Of a DNA stretch of 64,000 nucleotides, positions 10,232 to 20,554 are shown one piece after another. Numbering within the stretch: the first letter of the stretch is position 1; each line of letters begins with the position of its first letter. Under the pieces are notes generated by a model. The model was not told the origin of the DNA. It was given only the letters and a program-made list of their open reading frames with translations, and did no database searches. The DNA is taken from positions 1,728,001-1,792,000 of the forward strand of contig OZ244905.1 of NCBI GenBank assembly GCA_965221695.1. The letters run 5' to 3'. This stretch comes from Gammaproteobacteria bacterium. Its GTDB lineage: Bacteria; Pseudomonadota; Gammaproteobacteria; Eutrophobiales; Eutrophobiaceae. A program made the translations under genes and the position numbers.

Positions 10232-11167
10232 CTAAAGACCCGGTTCCAGTCCGTGCAGGCTGCGGTGAAAGATATCCTTATGGGCGCCAAAATAGCCATG
10301 GGCCATTTTCTTATGGTGTTGTTTGATCTCATTATATAATGCCGGCAGCGCATGGAAAGGAACTGATGGAGATAAATGATGTTCCGCGTGATACGGCATA
10401 TTCCAAGCGAGCCAGCGAAACAGCGGATTGACCAATGTTGTCCGGGTATTCTCCAGTAAGTCAGTGTTATTTACCGGCCGCCCGACATGCTCGGACATGC
10501 GTATCATACGCATATAGGGTTCGGCCAGTAACCTCGGCAAAAGCCAGTAATACCATGGCGCGGTGGTATCGTAAATTACCATACAAGCTCCTATCGACGT
10601 ATATATCAACAACATGGCCCAGGCCTCAACAATGACTTTCCAGCGTTCCGTCTCAGGCAGAAATAATTTTTCTTCACGAGTAATAATGCCGCAGAGGTGA
10701 ATGACAAATGGCTTTAAAAACCCCCACCAATAGGGCAGGGTGGACAGGTAAAGAAAATAACCGAACAGGTTTTTGGGTTGCGCAATCAATTCCGGGTCGC
10801 GCAACCTGTTTTGTGTATAGGTATGGTGTGCCGTATGCTCCCAGCGAAAATAAATGTTCGGCAGCAGGATGAGCACACCAAAAATCCAGCCGAAGAAGTC
10901 ATTCAGCCAACGCGTTCTGAAGGCGGTGCGATGCGCAAATTCATGCTGCGGAGAAAACAGGTGCACGATACCCACTCCGTGCAGAAACAAGGCAGGCGCG
11001 AGGAATATCGAGCCAAGAGACAAGTAAATCAGGTAACCGGTGAGAGCAAGAATAACAACATGCCGTAACAGGTACATCCATGCATGCCTGTCTGTCCTGC
11101 GCATAAGCGCTCGCAGGCGTTTTCGGTCCACTATTTTCTTGACTTGGTGTACGTGTTCCAGGGACAT
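10232..11167 (-). CDS. Membrane non-heme diiron oxygenase of the fatty acid desaturase superfamily (MocD-like)
   Basis: Histidine boxes HEFAH, HTAHH and YHAEHH; hydrophobic helices; divergent from a MocE-like ferredoxin. Confidence 0.82.
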   Translation of the reverse strand: MSLEHVHQVKKIVDRKRLRALMRRTDRHAWMYLLRHVVILALTGYLIYLSLGSIFLAPALFLHGVGIVHLFSPQHEFAHRTAFRTRWLNDFFGWIFGVLILLPNIYFRWEHTAHHTYTQNRLRDPELIAQPKNLFGYFLYLSTLPYWWGFLKPFVIHLCGIITREEKLFLPETERWKVIVEAWAMLLIYTSIGACMVIYDTTAPWYYWLLPRLLAEPYMRMIRMSEHVGRPVNNTDLLENTRTTLVNPLFRWLAWNMPYHAEHHLSPSVPFHALPALYNEIKQHHKKMAHGYFGAHKDIFHRSLHGLEPGL

Positions 11168-11191
11168 TATCAGTTACATTACATTACCAAA

Positions 11192-11228
11192 TGTTGCATA
11201 ATAATAAACTAATTTGTATATTATACAA
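11192..11228. promoter_or_regulatory. Divergent promoter region with perfect palindrome TTGTATA-T-TATACAA (11214-11228) and a TGTTGCATAATA motif
   Basis: Palindrome seen directly; two motifs are shared with 20459-20517. Confidence 0.55.
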
Positions 11229-11263
11229 CATACCACTATCTATATAATCAGGCACACGATCAG

Positions 11264-11578
11264 ATGTCAGGACAATGGCACATTGTAGCCGGTTGTGATG
11301 AAATTGAGGATGGCGACGGCATTGCGGTAGTCATTGAAAATAAGGAAATTGCCGTATTTCGCTGCGGGCGGAATTATTATGCAACAGACAGTTGCTGCAC
11401 CCATGCCAGGGCGCCGCTGGTCGATGGTTATCTCGATGGGCAAATTATCGAATGCCCTCTACACCAGGGAAGATTTAACATCAGCAACGGTAAAGCGTTG
11501 TGTTCACCGGCAACGGTTGACCTGAAAACCTATGCGACCAGGACCGTAAACGGTGAGATACAGGTCAACATTCAATGA
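11264..11578 (+). CDS. Rieske-type ferredoxin (MocE/dioxygenase ferredoxin family)
   Basis: CTH...IECPLHQGRF motif, 104 aa. Confidence 0.92.
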   Translation: MSGQWHIVAGCDEIEDGDGIAVVIENKEIAVFRCGRNYYATDSCCTHARAPLVDGYLDGQIIECPLHQGRFNISNGKALCSPATVDLKTYATRTVNGEIQVNIQ

Positions 11579-11590
11579 AACAGCAGACAA

Positions 11591-12181
11591 TCAGTTCAGC
11601 GCCCCGATCACCGTTACCATTTTTACCGGAACTGCAATCAGTTCCACGGGACCATGGGGTGATGAAGGGTCGAAATAGAGCGAATCACCAGGATGCATGT
11701 GGTAAGTACGGTCACCTTCCTGGTATTTCAATTCTCCTTCAAGAATATACATGAACTCAATACCCTCATGAAATATCAGCGGAATTTCTTCGGACTTTTC
11801 CGTCAAGGTAATCAGGTAGGGTTCAAGTTTTATGTCGGAATGAAAGGTATGGCCCAGGAGTTGATATTGATGACCGATTCGATTGTCATGACGTTGCACG
11901 ATTAATCCCTGACCGGACTTGACGAAAGTCGATTCATGACTATGACGCACATTCTGAAACAGGTTTGCGAGTGAGATGCCGAGCGCATCACTCAGCGATT
12001 TAAGCGTAGACAGGGACGCGGAGGTATGCCCGTTTTCTATTCTCGACAGCATGGAAACAGAAATATTGGCTATTTCGGATAATTCATGTACAGAATAGTT
12101 TTTTTTCTTTCTGGCGCGGCGAATCGTTTCGCCAAGCATCTGCTCCAGGTGTCCGGCATCCTCTGAAGATCGTGTATTCAT
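11591..12181 (-). CDS. XRE-family HTH transcriptional regulator with C-terminal cupin domain
   Basis: IRRARKKKNYSVHELS...SMLSRIENG helix-turn-helix; HEGIEFMYILEG...PGDSLYFD..PHGP cupin. Confidence 0.9.
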   Translation of the reverse strand: MNTRSSEDAGHLEQMLGETIRRARKKKNYSVHELSEIANISVSMLSRIENGHTSASLSTLKSLSDALGISLANLFQNVRHSHESTFVKSGQGLIVQRHDNRIGHQYQLLGHTFHSDIKLEPYLITLTEKSEEIPLIFHEGIEFMYILEGELKYQEGDRTYHMHPGDSLYFDPSSPHGPVELIAVPVKMVTVIGALN

Positions 12182-12184
12182 GTT

Positions 12185-13420
12185 ATGAGTTATTCCCTCT
12201 TAAGTCTTGTCCGAAATGCGATAGATTATCACCAAAACTGGCCAAAAGCCTGGCGCAGTCCCGATCCGAAACGTGAGTATGATGTCATTATCATCGGAGG
12301 TGGCGGTCACGGTCTTGGCGCAGCATATTACCTCGCCAAAGACCATGGTATCACCAATGTCGCAGTTCTGGAAAAAGGCTGGCTCGGAGGGGGTAACACG
12401 GCCAGAAATACGATGACGATACGGGATAATTATATCCGTGCTCCCAGCGTGCCCTTCCACCGCGAGGCCATGAAGCTGTGGCGCGGGTTAACCCGGGAAT
12501 TGAACTATAACATTATGCTGCATGAGCGGGGGATGATCACGTTTTTGCAAAGCGGCAGCGGGGTCAGCCACGCGCGGCGCATGGCCAATACCATGAGCGT
12601 ATTCAATTCGGAATATATCATGCTGTCACTGGATGAATTGAAGCGGCGTGTGCCTTTTTTCAATGACACGGCAAGGATGCCAATAATCGGCGGCGTCTAC
12701 CACAGGAAGATTGCCATGGCGCGCCACGATGCCGTAGCCTGGGGATACGCCCGCGCCGCCGATAACCGGGGTGTCGATATTATCCAGAACTGTGAAGTCA
12801 CCGGCATACTGCGGGAAGGCAACCGGGTTGCCGGTGTTGACACCAGCCGGGGTGTGATCAGGGCGAAAAAAGTCGGTATGGCAGTTGCCGGGCACGGCAG
12901 TGAGGTGGCGGCAATGGCAGGAATACGGCTGCCGTTGGAAACCTGGCCGTTGCAGGCGCTGGTCTCAACACCTGTGAAGCCGGTTTTGAATGAAATTTTT
13001 GTCGTCGACGGTTTTCACAATTACTTTATGCAATCGGACAAGGGTGAACTGGTGGTCGGCGGTGTCACCGATCCCTACCCTTCCTATGCGCAACGCGGGT
13101 CGCCCCAAATTATGGAGCAAGTGATTGAGGGCCTGGTGGATGTCTTTCCCGTATTCAAACGGATGAAATTCATGCGCCAATGGGCTGGCATGCTGGATAT
13201 CGTCTACGACAACAGCCCAATCATTTCCGGGACCGACCTGAAAGGCTTTTATATCGATGTGGCCGGCTCCGGCGGGTTCAAGACGACACCGATTGCTGCA
13301 AAGATGCATGCCGACCTCATAGCCAATGAACGGCCTCATCCCTTGATTGAGGAATTCAGCCTGAAACGGTTCCAGACCGGCAGGCTGATCGTAGAGGGAG
13401 GCGTTGATGCCAACCGTTGA
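12185..13420 (+). CDS. soxB: Heterotetrameric sarcosine oxidase family, beta subunit
   Basis: YDVIIIGGGGHGL, LGGGNTARNT, ARHDAVAWGYARAA. Confidence 0.88.
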   Translation: MSYSLLSLVRNAIDYHQNWPKAWRSPDPKREYDVIIIGGGGHGLGAAYYLAKDHGITNVAVLEKGWLGGGNTARNTMTIRDNYIRAPSVPFHREAMKLWRGLTRELNYNIMLHERGMITFLQSGSGVSHARRMANTMSVFNSEYIMLSLDELKRRVPFFNDTARMPIIGGVYHRKIAMARHDAVAWGYARAADNRGVDIIQNCEVTGILREGNRVAGVDTSRGVIRAKKVGMAVAGHGSEVAAMAGIRLPLETWPLQALVSTPVKPVLNEIFVVDGFHNYFMQSDKGELVVGGVTDPYPSYAQRGSPQIMEQVIEGLVDVFPVFKRMKFMRQWAGMLDIVYDNSPIISGTDLKGFYIDVAGSGGFKTTPIAAKMHADLIANERPHPLIEEFSLKRFQTGRLIVEGGVDANR

Positions 13421-13438
13421 CCCGGGAGAGAAGAGAAC

Positions 13439-13705
13439 ATGTTGTTAATCCCCTGTCCCTGGTGCGGGGCGCGCAACGAGGACGAATTCCTGAACGGCGG
13501 CGAAGCGGAAAAGCGCCGGCCAACCGACCCGGCGCAGGTTGGCAGTGAGGAGTGGTATGAATATCTCTACACGCCGGCAAATACGAAAGGCTGGCTGCGT
13601 GAACGCTGGTTGCATCTGCGGGGATGCCGGCGCTGGTTCAAGATAGACCGCAACACCCACACCCATGAAATAAAACAGGTCGAGGAAGGGGAGCAATGGC
13701 GCTGA
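13439..13705 (+). CDS. soxD: Sarcosine oxidase family, delta subunit
   Basis: LIPCPWCG.R.E.EF; W.H..GC..WF...R.T.THEI. Confidence 0.9.
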   Translation: MLLIPCPWCGARNEDEFLNGGEAEKRRPTDPAQVGSEEWYEYLYTPANTKGWLRERWLHLRGCRRWFKIDRNTHTHEIKQVEEGEQWR

Positions 13706-16671
13706 GCGGAAACCGGTACCGGCTAACTGAGATCGGACGCATTGACCGGGATAAACCTGTCACATTCAAGTTCAACGGCAAAACCCTGTGCGGTTATGCG
13801 GGTGATACGCTTGCATCGGCGCTGTTGGCCAACGGTGTAAGACTTGTCGGTCGCAGTCTGAAATACCACCGCCCGCGCGGCATTATGAGCGCCGGCATCG
13901 AAGAGACCAATGCTATTGTTCAACTCGCCGGCAGGGAAGATGAGCCGGGAGTCATGGCGACGGTCACGCCTTTATCTGAGGGACTGGAGGCGGTAAGCGT
14001 CAAAGGCTGGCCGGGGGTAAAATGGGACCTCGGCAGGCTTAACGACTGGTTACACCGCCTGATTCCCGCAGGGTTTTATTACAAGACCTTCATGTGGCCC
14101 GACAACTGGTGGAACGTGTACGGTTACTTCATCCGCCGTATGGCCGGTCTGGGAACGGCGCCCGCAACTTATAAGCCGGAGGAACGCTACGAAAAACGCT
14201 ACCACCACTGCGATGTGCTGGTGATCGGCGCCGGGCCGGCAGGGCTTGCGGCGGCATTGGCAGCCGGCAACAGCGGCGCTCGGGTTATGCTGGTGGACGA
14301 GCAGGTGGAAGCGGGAGGAACATTGCTGAGCGCTGCAACGCAAATCGATGGAAAACCTGCCCTGGACTGGGTAGCCGCAACGGTAGACAGTCTGCGGCAG
14401 TTGCCGCAAGTCCTGCATTTACAGCGCACGACGGCCATAGGGTACTATGATCACAACATGGTTTATGCGCTTGAGCATGAACCAGCAGACTCGTGGATAC
14501 GCGAAAGGCTCTGGCGAATAAGAGCAAAGCGGGTCATTATTGCCGCCGGCGCCATCGAGCGTCCTTTGGTCTTCCCGGACAACGACCGGCCGGGAGTTAT
14601 ACTGGCAAGCGCTGCCGCAACCTATGTCTTACGGTACGGCGTGCGGCCGGGGACACGGGCTGTTGTTATTACCAACAACAACAGCGCTTATGAGTCGGCC
14701 TTTATTCTTGCCCGTCATCAGATCGATATCGCCGCCTTGCTCGATACGCGCCGGCAGATCAGCAATGAATTGCGCCGGCAGGCTGAACAACTCGGTATCC
14801 CGGTGTTAACCCATTACGGGATTAATGCAGTCAAAGGAAAAAGATCCGTGTCAGGCGTGACGGTTGCTCCGTTGGACGACCTGTCCCGGGAGCAATATTA
14901 TCGCTGTGACCTGGTCTGTGTCTCGGGTGGTTGGAACCCGACATTACACCTGCAATCGCAATCCGGCGCAACACCGGTCTATTCAGAGAGTATAGCCGGA
15001 TTTGTTCCAGGCAAGTCCGTGCAGGCCGAGACAACGGTGGGTGCGGCCAACGGGAATTTTGGTCTGCATGAATGTTTGACGGACGGGGTCGAGGCAGGAG
15101 TACAGGCCGCGCGCCTAACCGGACATGTGCCGGCCGCAGCGAAACCGCCCGTTGCCGGACCTGAGATTGAATTCTTGATTGATCCCTTGTGGGAAATATC
15201 AGCCGGTGGCAGCAACGGGCGCGCCTTCCTGGATTATCAAAATGACGTCACCAGCGACGACATACGGCTTGCGTTGCGTGAAAACTACGCCTCGGTAGAG
15301 CTGGTGAAACGCTATACCACGACAGGCATGGGCATTGACCAGGGCAAAACAAGCAATGTCAATACGATTGGCCTGATTGCCGAACTGACCGGAGGCAAGC
15401 CCGGCGACATCGGCACGACGACTTATCGGCCGCTATACAGCCTGGCCAGTTTTGCCGCGTGGGCCGGGATAAACCAGGGAGACATCATCCTCCCGGCACG
15501 GCGCACCCCGATTACGCAGTGGTTTGAGACACACCAGGCAAATTTCGACGAGGCCGGCGCGCACTGGCGCAGGCCGTTTCAGATTCCCCACAACGGCGAG
15601 ACACCGGCAGAAGCGGTTAACCGGGAAGCATTGGCGGTACGCAACGGTGTCGGAATTTATGATGGCACACCGCTGGGTAAAATTGAAATCAACGGTCCTG
15701 ATGCGCAGATGTTCCTGAACAAAATCTACACCAATAGCTGGGATAATCTGCCCATCGGCATGGGCAAATTCGGGTACATGCTGTTCGAGGACGGCAGGAT
15801 GTTTGATGATGGCGTAACGTTTCGCCTCGGCGAAAACCACTATCTGATGACAACCGGCTCTGCCGTTGCCGCCGCTGTCCATACCCGTCTGGAGCAGTTG
15901 TTGCAGTGTGAATGGCGCGACCTTCGGGTCTACCTGACCGAAGTGACGGAACAATGGGCGAACATCTGTGTCTGCGGGCCCTGGGCCAGAGAGGTCTTAG
16001 CCGAAACCGGGACAGATATCGATTTGGACAGAGAGGCATTCCCCTTCATGGCTATCCGTACCGGCAAAGTGGCTGGGTTTGACGCGCGCGTCGCAAGGGT
16101 CAGTTATACCGGTGAACTCAGTTTCGAGGTCAATGTCAGGGCAGGAAATGGACTGGCCATGTGGGAGGCATTAATGGAACGCGGCAAGAAATACGATATT
16201 ACCCCGGTTGGATCGGAAACAAGCCTGCTGCTCCGGCTGGAAAAAGGTTTCATCTCAGCCTGGGCGGAAGGTGATGGTTATGCAAACCTTTATGATGCCG
16301 GCATGGGATGGGTCATCGATGAGACGAAACCGGACTTTATCGGCAAACGCGCGCTGGAGCAAGCCCGGCTATCGGGCGGAGACCGACCCCATATCGTCGG
16401 TCTGATTCCCGAAGATCGCAACTTCATCCCACCGGACGGCGCGCCATTGATCGAACCGGCTGAAACCAATGAGGCAAAAAAAATGATCGGCCATGTTACC
16501 GCCGGCGGCTACAGTCCCAATCTCGGTCATGCCATCGCCCTGGCGCAGTTGCGGAACGGCAGGGAGCGGAGAGACGCTACGGTCACTATTTCAACGGTAG
16601 ACAGAGCCGTGGCCGCGAGGGTCACCGATCCGGTGTTTATCGATCCTGCCGGTGAACGGATGCGGGGTTGA
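13696..16671 (+). CDS. soxA: Sarcosine oxidase family, alpha subunit
   Basis: GDTLASALLANG, KYHRPRG, GAGPAG, KRYTTTGMG.DQGKT, and a C-terminal GcvT-like folate-binding domain. Confidence 0.92.
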   Translation: MALSGNRYRLTEIGRIDRDKPVTFKFNGKTLCGYAGDTLASALLANGVRLVGRSLKYHRPRGIMSAGIEETNAIVQLAGREDEPGVMATVTPLSEGLEAVSVKGWPGVKWDLGRLNDWLHRLIPAGFYYKTFMWPDNWWNVYGYFIRRMAGLGTAPATYKPEERYEKRYHHCDVLVIGAGPAGLAAALAAGNSGARVMLVDEQVEAGGTLLSAATQIDGKPALDWVAATVDSLRQLPQVLHLQRTTAIGYYDHNMVYALEHEPADSWIRERLWRIRAKRVIIAAGAIERPLVFPDNDRPGVILASAAATYVLRYGVRPGTRAVVITNNNSAYESAFILARHQIDIAALLDTRRQISNELRRQAEQLGIPVLTHYGINAVKGKRSVSGVTVAPLDDLSREQYYRCDLVCVSGGWNPTLHLQSQSGATPVYSESIAGFVPGKSVQAETTVGAANGNFGLHECLTDGVEAGVQAARLTGHVPAAAKPPVAGPEIEFLIDPLWEISAGGSNGRAFLDYQNDVTSDDIRLALRENYASVELVKRYTTTGMGIDQGKTSNVNTIGLIAELTGGKPGDIGTTTYRPLYSLASFAAWAGINQGDIILPARRTPITQWFETHQANFDEAGAHWRRPFQIPHNGETPAEAVNREALAVRNGVGIYDGTPLGKIEINGPDAQMFLNKIYTNSWDNLPIGMGKFGYMLFEDGRMFDDGVTFRLGENHYLMTTGSAVAAAVHTRLEQLLQCEWRDLRVYLTEVTEQWANICVCGPWAREVLAETGTDIDLDREAFPFMAIRTGKVAGFDARVARVSYTGELSFEVNVRAGNGLAMWEALMERGKKYDITPVGSETSLLLRLEKGFISAWAEGDGYANLYDAGMGWVIDETKPDFIGKRALEQARLSGGDRPHIVGLIPEDRNFIPPDGAPLIEPAETNEAKKMIGHVTAGGYSPNLGHAIALAQLRNGRERRDATVTISTVDRAVAARVTDPVFIDPAGERMRG

Positions 16672-16675
16672 ACAA

Positions 16676-17182
16676 ATGCCTTATGACGTGAATATAAAGC
16701 AAAGTTCGCCATCTGGTCTGTTGAACCTGCGCGGAAACGAAACCATTTGCACGCTATTCAACACTGTGCTTGGTCTTGAATTACCGCAAACACCGAATAC
16801 CACGGCCGCTATCGATGACGTTATCGCAATGTGGCTGGGTCCCGACGAATGGCTGGTCAAAACGGGCGACGGCAAGGAAGCGGCGTTGTCTGCAGCGCTA
16901 CTGCAAGCGGTCGAGGGAAAACATGCGGCGGTTACGGTAATTTCCGACGCTTACATGATTTTCACAATTTCGGGAAAAGACGCAAGAGCCGTGCTGAACC
17001 AGGGCACAGGTATCGATTTGCACCCGCGTTCATTCAGCCCTGGCGCGTGTGCGCGCACCAACCTCGGCAAAACGGGGATCATTCTTTACCAGGTCGATGA
17101 TACGCCTGCTTATGATGTGTATGTCTGGCGCAGTTATGCGCAGTATTTGGGCTTGTGGATGAATAAAGCTACGGGGTCATGA
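16676..17182 (+). CDS. soxG: Sarcosine oxidase family, gamma subunit
   Basis: WLGPDEWL, DLHPRSF, V.RSYA.YL..W; operon position. Confidence 0.88.
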   Translation: MPYDVNIKQSSPSGLLNLRGNETICTLFNTVLGLELPQTPNTTAAIDDVIAMWLGPDEWLVKTGDGKEAALSAALLQAVEGKHAAVTVISDAYMIFTISGKDARAVLNQGTGIDLHPRSFSPGACARTNLGKTGIILYQVDDTPAYDVYVWRSYAQYLGLWMNKATGS

Positions 17183-18023
17183 ACCGGGCAAGCCCGCGGT
17201 TGAATTTTTGAGGTTCTTCCCGGAACGGCATGTGAGCTGATTGTTCAAATATTGACAGCGTTGCGCGAGAGCATAACTCACGCAACCGCTGTGCCGCATC
17301 GGTAAGGATAAACGGATCATGCAGGCCGTGGATAATCAGCGCAGGTTTACCGAACGCGGCCAGAACATCAGAATTGTCGATTACCCGGTTCATCAGTGCG
17401 GCCCGGACCGCAGGTGCGGTCATCATGGCCTGGGCTGTCAGCAGTTGCAGTTGTGCCGGCGTAACATCTACCACCATGTCCCGAGTACATCTTTGCATAG
17501 CGCGAAATTGTGTGTCCGTATCATCAGCAAATGTATCAGGCATATACTCTGCCGGTCCTGTCCCCAACATGCCGGCCATTTCTTCAATGCCAAGAGCGTG
17601 CATCCCGCTGACCAGAACGATACCTGAAACGTTCTCCTGCCCGTGCCGCCGCAAGTAATCACCGATGATAAGCGCCCCATATGACCAGCCTACCAGCGTC
17701 AGCGAATCCAAGTTGTAGTGATTGATTACCGCCTGCAGATCATCGGCGTACAGACTGCCGTTCGAGTAGTGTTCTTCGCCCACAGGGCATTCCGAGTAAC
17801 CATGCCCGCGCAAGTCAAAGGCTATCAGGTGAAATTGATCTGCCAGCGCGCTGTTGAATTGCTTAACCCACGCTGCATGCGTCTGCGACCAGCCGTGGAT
17901 GAACAGGATAGCCGGCGCATCCGTATTGCCGTTGTCCTTACAATAAAGCCGGATGCCGTCAGCGCCATGCAGGTAGCCATGATTCAACAATACAGTATCC
18001 GACATGTTTTTCTGTGCCGACAT
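17169..18023 (-). CDS. Alpha/beta hydrolase (arylesterase/non-heme haloperoxidase-like)
   Basis: FIHGW, DLRGHG, GWSYG nucleophile elbow, HG..D, SAH. Start is 18023 or 18005. Confidence 0.85.
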   Translation of the reverse strand: MSAQKNMSDTVLLNHGYLHGADGIRLYCKDNGNTDAPAILFIHGWSQTHAAWVKQFNSALADQFHLIAFDLRGHGYSECPVGEEHYSNGSLYADDLQAVINHYNLDSLTLVGWSYGALIIGDYLRRHGQENVSGIVLVSGMHALGIEEMAGMLGTGPAEYMPDTFADDTDTQFRAMQRCTRDMVVDVTPAQLQLLTAQAMMTAPAVRAALMNRVIDNSDVLAAFGKPALIIHGLHDPFILTDAAQRLRELCSRATLSIFEQSAHMPFREEPQKFNRGLARFMTP

Positions 18024-18048
18024 ATGGAATGTGATCCGGGCTATGGAT

Positions 18049-18082
18049 AAAAAAACAGGCAACCGGCGCTACCGGTTACCTG
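18049..18082 (-). terminator. Probable intrinsic terminator downstream of the TonB-dependent receptor gene
   Basis: Hairpin CAGGCAACCGG/CCGGTTACCTG followed on the minus strand by a T run. Confidence 0.6.
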
Positions 18083-18118
18083 CCAACACAGTGGCGAGAA
18101 TACATTCGCACCACTTAA

Positions 18119-18147
18119 GAAAACTCTGACTTATTCTCAGAGGTTCC
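18119..18147. mobile_element. 29-bp ends-only palindromic element
   Basis: ttaa|GAAAACTCTGA-cttattc-TCAGAGGTTCC|taaa; abuts the receptor stop codon. Confidence 0.7.
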
Positions 18148-20396
18148 TAAAAATTATATCTTACGTTGGCGCCCCAGGTACGCGGCGGTTGATAAGTGCG
18201 CAAATTTCCGAACGTTGTAGAGCGAAAGCCGTTGCTTTCGGCATCCTCATCGAGCAGGTTGCGGGCATAAGCCGCTATGCTCCACTTGCCGCTGCTGTGG
18301 TCGAATTGCAACCTGGCATTGACGCGCGTGTAGGAATCGCCGCTGTTCAACGGGTCTTTGAAGACTGACCAGTAGCGCTCATCGTCCATGTAATAGTAAT
18401 CGCCGCGCAAGGTTATATTGCCGGACGGCGCCGGCATGGTATACGCAGCCCCGAAACCGAATATGAATTCCGGCGAGCGGGGCAAGGGGTTGCCGCGCTG
18501 GTCGATACTCGGGTTTTGCGGTACGTTGAGGTCAGGCGCCATCAGATCCTTCAGTTCCGTGTCCAGGTAGGAAAACATGCCATCGATCACGAACTGGTCA
18601 GTCACGGCCAGAACCATATCCGCTTCGATGCCGAATACTTCCGCATCGCCGGCGTTGCGCACATTGGCGTAACCCTGGGCGTTGTCGGCCAGGTCTACAT
18701 TCTGGTGGATATTCTCATAATCATAGTAGAAAGCGCTCGCGTTCAAGCGCAGTTTTCCATCTGCCAGGGTGGACTTGAAGCCGCCCTCGAAAGACCAGAT
18801 AGTCTCAGGTTTCACCGCCTCGGGCACAGGACCAAACAGTACGGTATTATAGCCGCCGGATTTGAAGCCGCGGGTGGCGCCGAAGAAAATCATCACGTCC
18901 TCATTCAGGAAAAAATCGATGCCGAACCTGGGGGTAACGCTGTCACTGTCGGTCTCCCCCTGGTAGGCAACCGTTGGCGGGCCACTGGGTTTCGTCGGTC
19001 GGTCGGCAACCAGTTCCGGGCCGGTCATGGCCGGGGTGATGGGTACGAACGAATAACTCTCGAAGTCGATCTCTTTCTCTTCGTCACTGTAACGGATACC
19101 CACATGCGCGCGCAGATGATCGTTGAAGCGGTAGCTGGCCTGGCCAAAGAGCGCCCAGGCAAAGGTATCCAGGTAGGAAAAACCGTGAATAAAGACCGAG
19201 TCGTAAGTGCCGCCTACCGTCGGCCCGACTGCAAATTGACCGAGGCTGAAGGGAAACGGATAGTCATGCAACGCTTCATCATCAAACAGGAACGCTCCGA
19301 CCACCCAGTTCAAGGGCCCATCGCCGGTGGAAGACACCTGGAACTCCTGTTGCAAGAACTCAGAATCGGTAATGGGGTCGTTAAACCCGCCGGCGTTGAT
19401 CTCGGTGAGATCAAAATCCACCTGGTAGCGGTTTTCATCCTCCCGGTAACTGGTCAGGGATTTTATCTCCACGCTGCCCAGGTCCCAGGTAATTTCAGCG
19501 CCCAAGCCCCAGGCTTCCGTTTTGTTATTGGCTGTGACATCGCGGTATGTATCCCTGATATCCGGTAACACCGTGCCGCCGGAAAAAGCGACATACGGGT
19601 TATCGGTTAATGGCGGACTCACGTGGGAAGCGGTGCCGCGGCTGGATTGATCGTCCGTGTAATCGCCGAACAAGCGTATGCTGACAGCATCCGATACCTG
19701 GAACAGCAACTGGGTTCGGAACGACTTCACGTCAGTGGTATCCTCCCCTTTACCGGTAAAACTGTTATCCGTATAACCGTTATTGTCATGGAACAGGCCG
19801 GCAACACGAAACGCGGCGTGCGAGCTGATAGGGACATTCAGCGCGCCCTCTACCCGGACGGTACCATAATTGCCGCCGCCAACATCAATATAACCACCGG
19901 TTTCCTGTTCAGGTTTCCGGCTCAGGAAGTGAATCACGCCGCCGGTCGCGTTTCTGCCGAACAGGGTGCCTTGCGGACCCTTAATCACTTCCACCCGCTC
20001 GGCATCGTAAAAGTCGCTGATAATGGAAGACAGTCTTGGCAAATAAACGCCGTCGATATGCACCGCGGTGGTGGGTTCGAGGCCCGGTGTCAAGGTGTCG
20101 GTGCCGACGCCGCGCACATAAGCGAAACCATGGCCGGCCAGCGGCTCAAGGTGTAGTCCCGGGACCTTGAGTTGAATATCCAGTGTTGACTCGATCCCGA
20201 CTGCTTTCAGTTGCGCATCAGTAAAGGCATTAATGGCGATGGGAACATCCTGCACGGATTCAGCGCGTCTTTGCGCCGTGACAACAATCTCTTCCAGCAG
20301 AGCGGAACGCTGTGCTGATACCGATGAAGCGCCGGAAACCGCTGCTACAATACACAATATCTGAAACAAGCTATTGTTTGACATAGGTTTTAACAT
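18147..20396 (-). CDS. TonB-dependent receptor
   Basis: Signal peptide, LEEIVVTAQRR TonB box, plug motif EVIKGPQGTLFGRNATGG, C-terminal RYNF. Start at ATG 20396 with GGGGA upstream. Confidence 0.93.
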   Translation of the reverse strand: MLKPMSNNSLFQILCIVAAVSGASSVSAQRSALLEEIVVTAQRRAESVQDVPIAINAFTDAQLKAVGIESTLDIQLKVPGLHLEPLAGHGFAYVRGVGTDTLTPGLEPTTAVHIDGVYLPRLSSIISDFYDAERVEVIKGPQGTLFGRNATGGVIHFLSRKPEQETGGYIDVGGGNYGTVRVEGALNVPISSHAAFRVAGLFHDNNGYTDNSFTGKGEDTTDVKSFRTQLLFQVSDAVSIRLFGDYTDDQSSRGTASHVSPPLTDNPYVAFSGGTVLPDIRDTYRDVTANNKTEAWGLGAEITWDLGSVEIKSLTSYREDENRYQVDFDLTEINAGGFNDPITDSEFLQQEFQVSSTGDGPLNWVVGAFLFDDEALHDYPFPFSLGQFAVGPTVGGTYDSVFIHGFSYLDTFAWALFGQASYRFNDHLRAHVGIRYSDEEKEIDFESYSFVPITPAMTGPELVADRPTKPSGPPTVAYQGETDSDSVTPRFGIDFFLNEDVMIFFGATRGFKSGGYNTVLFGPVPEAVKPETIWSFEGGFKSTLADGKLRLNASAFYYDYENIHQNVDLADNAQGYANVRNAGDAEVFGIEADMVLAVTDQFVIDGMFSYLDTELKDLMAPDLNVPQNPSIDQRGNPLPRSPEFIFGFGAAYTMPAPSGNITLRGDYYYMDDERYWSVFKDPLNSGDSYTRVNARLQFDHSSGKWSIAAYARNLLDEDAESNGFRSTTFGNLRTYQPPRTWGANVRYNF

Positions 20397-20458
20397 AACT
20401 GCTTTCCCCAGGCTGAAAATGAATAAAAAACCGTTGAAATAATTTGTAAGTAAGTACC

Positions 20459-20517
20459 TGTCTATATAAACTAATTGTACAGGTTTATTGCTTGAAATGC
20501 AACATTGTTGCATAATA
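20459..20517. promoter_or_regulatory. Divergent promoter with HutC-like box (TGTCTATATA) and perfect palindrome ATGCAACA-T-TGTTGCAT (20497-20513)
   Basis: Palindrome seen directly; the HutC assignment is by similarity to TGTA-N2-TACA. Confidence 0.5.
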
Positions 20518-20554
20518 TTCCAATTTTTTGGATCAATAATAATAGGAATTCCAA

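Noticed and set aside
11192-11203. TTGCA motifs as sigma-54 -12 elements
   Set aside because: No TGGC -24 element at the required spacing.
18516-19568. Long antisense ORFs over the TonB receptor genes (also 31821-32711 and 49831-50559) and over the MDR gene (52531-53295)
   Set aside because: They overlap well-supported genes on the opposite strand and show no motifs; expected from codon bias.
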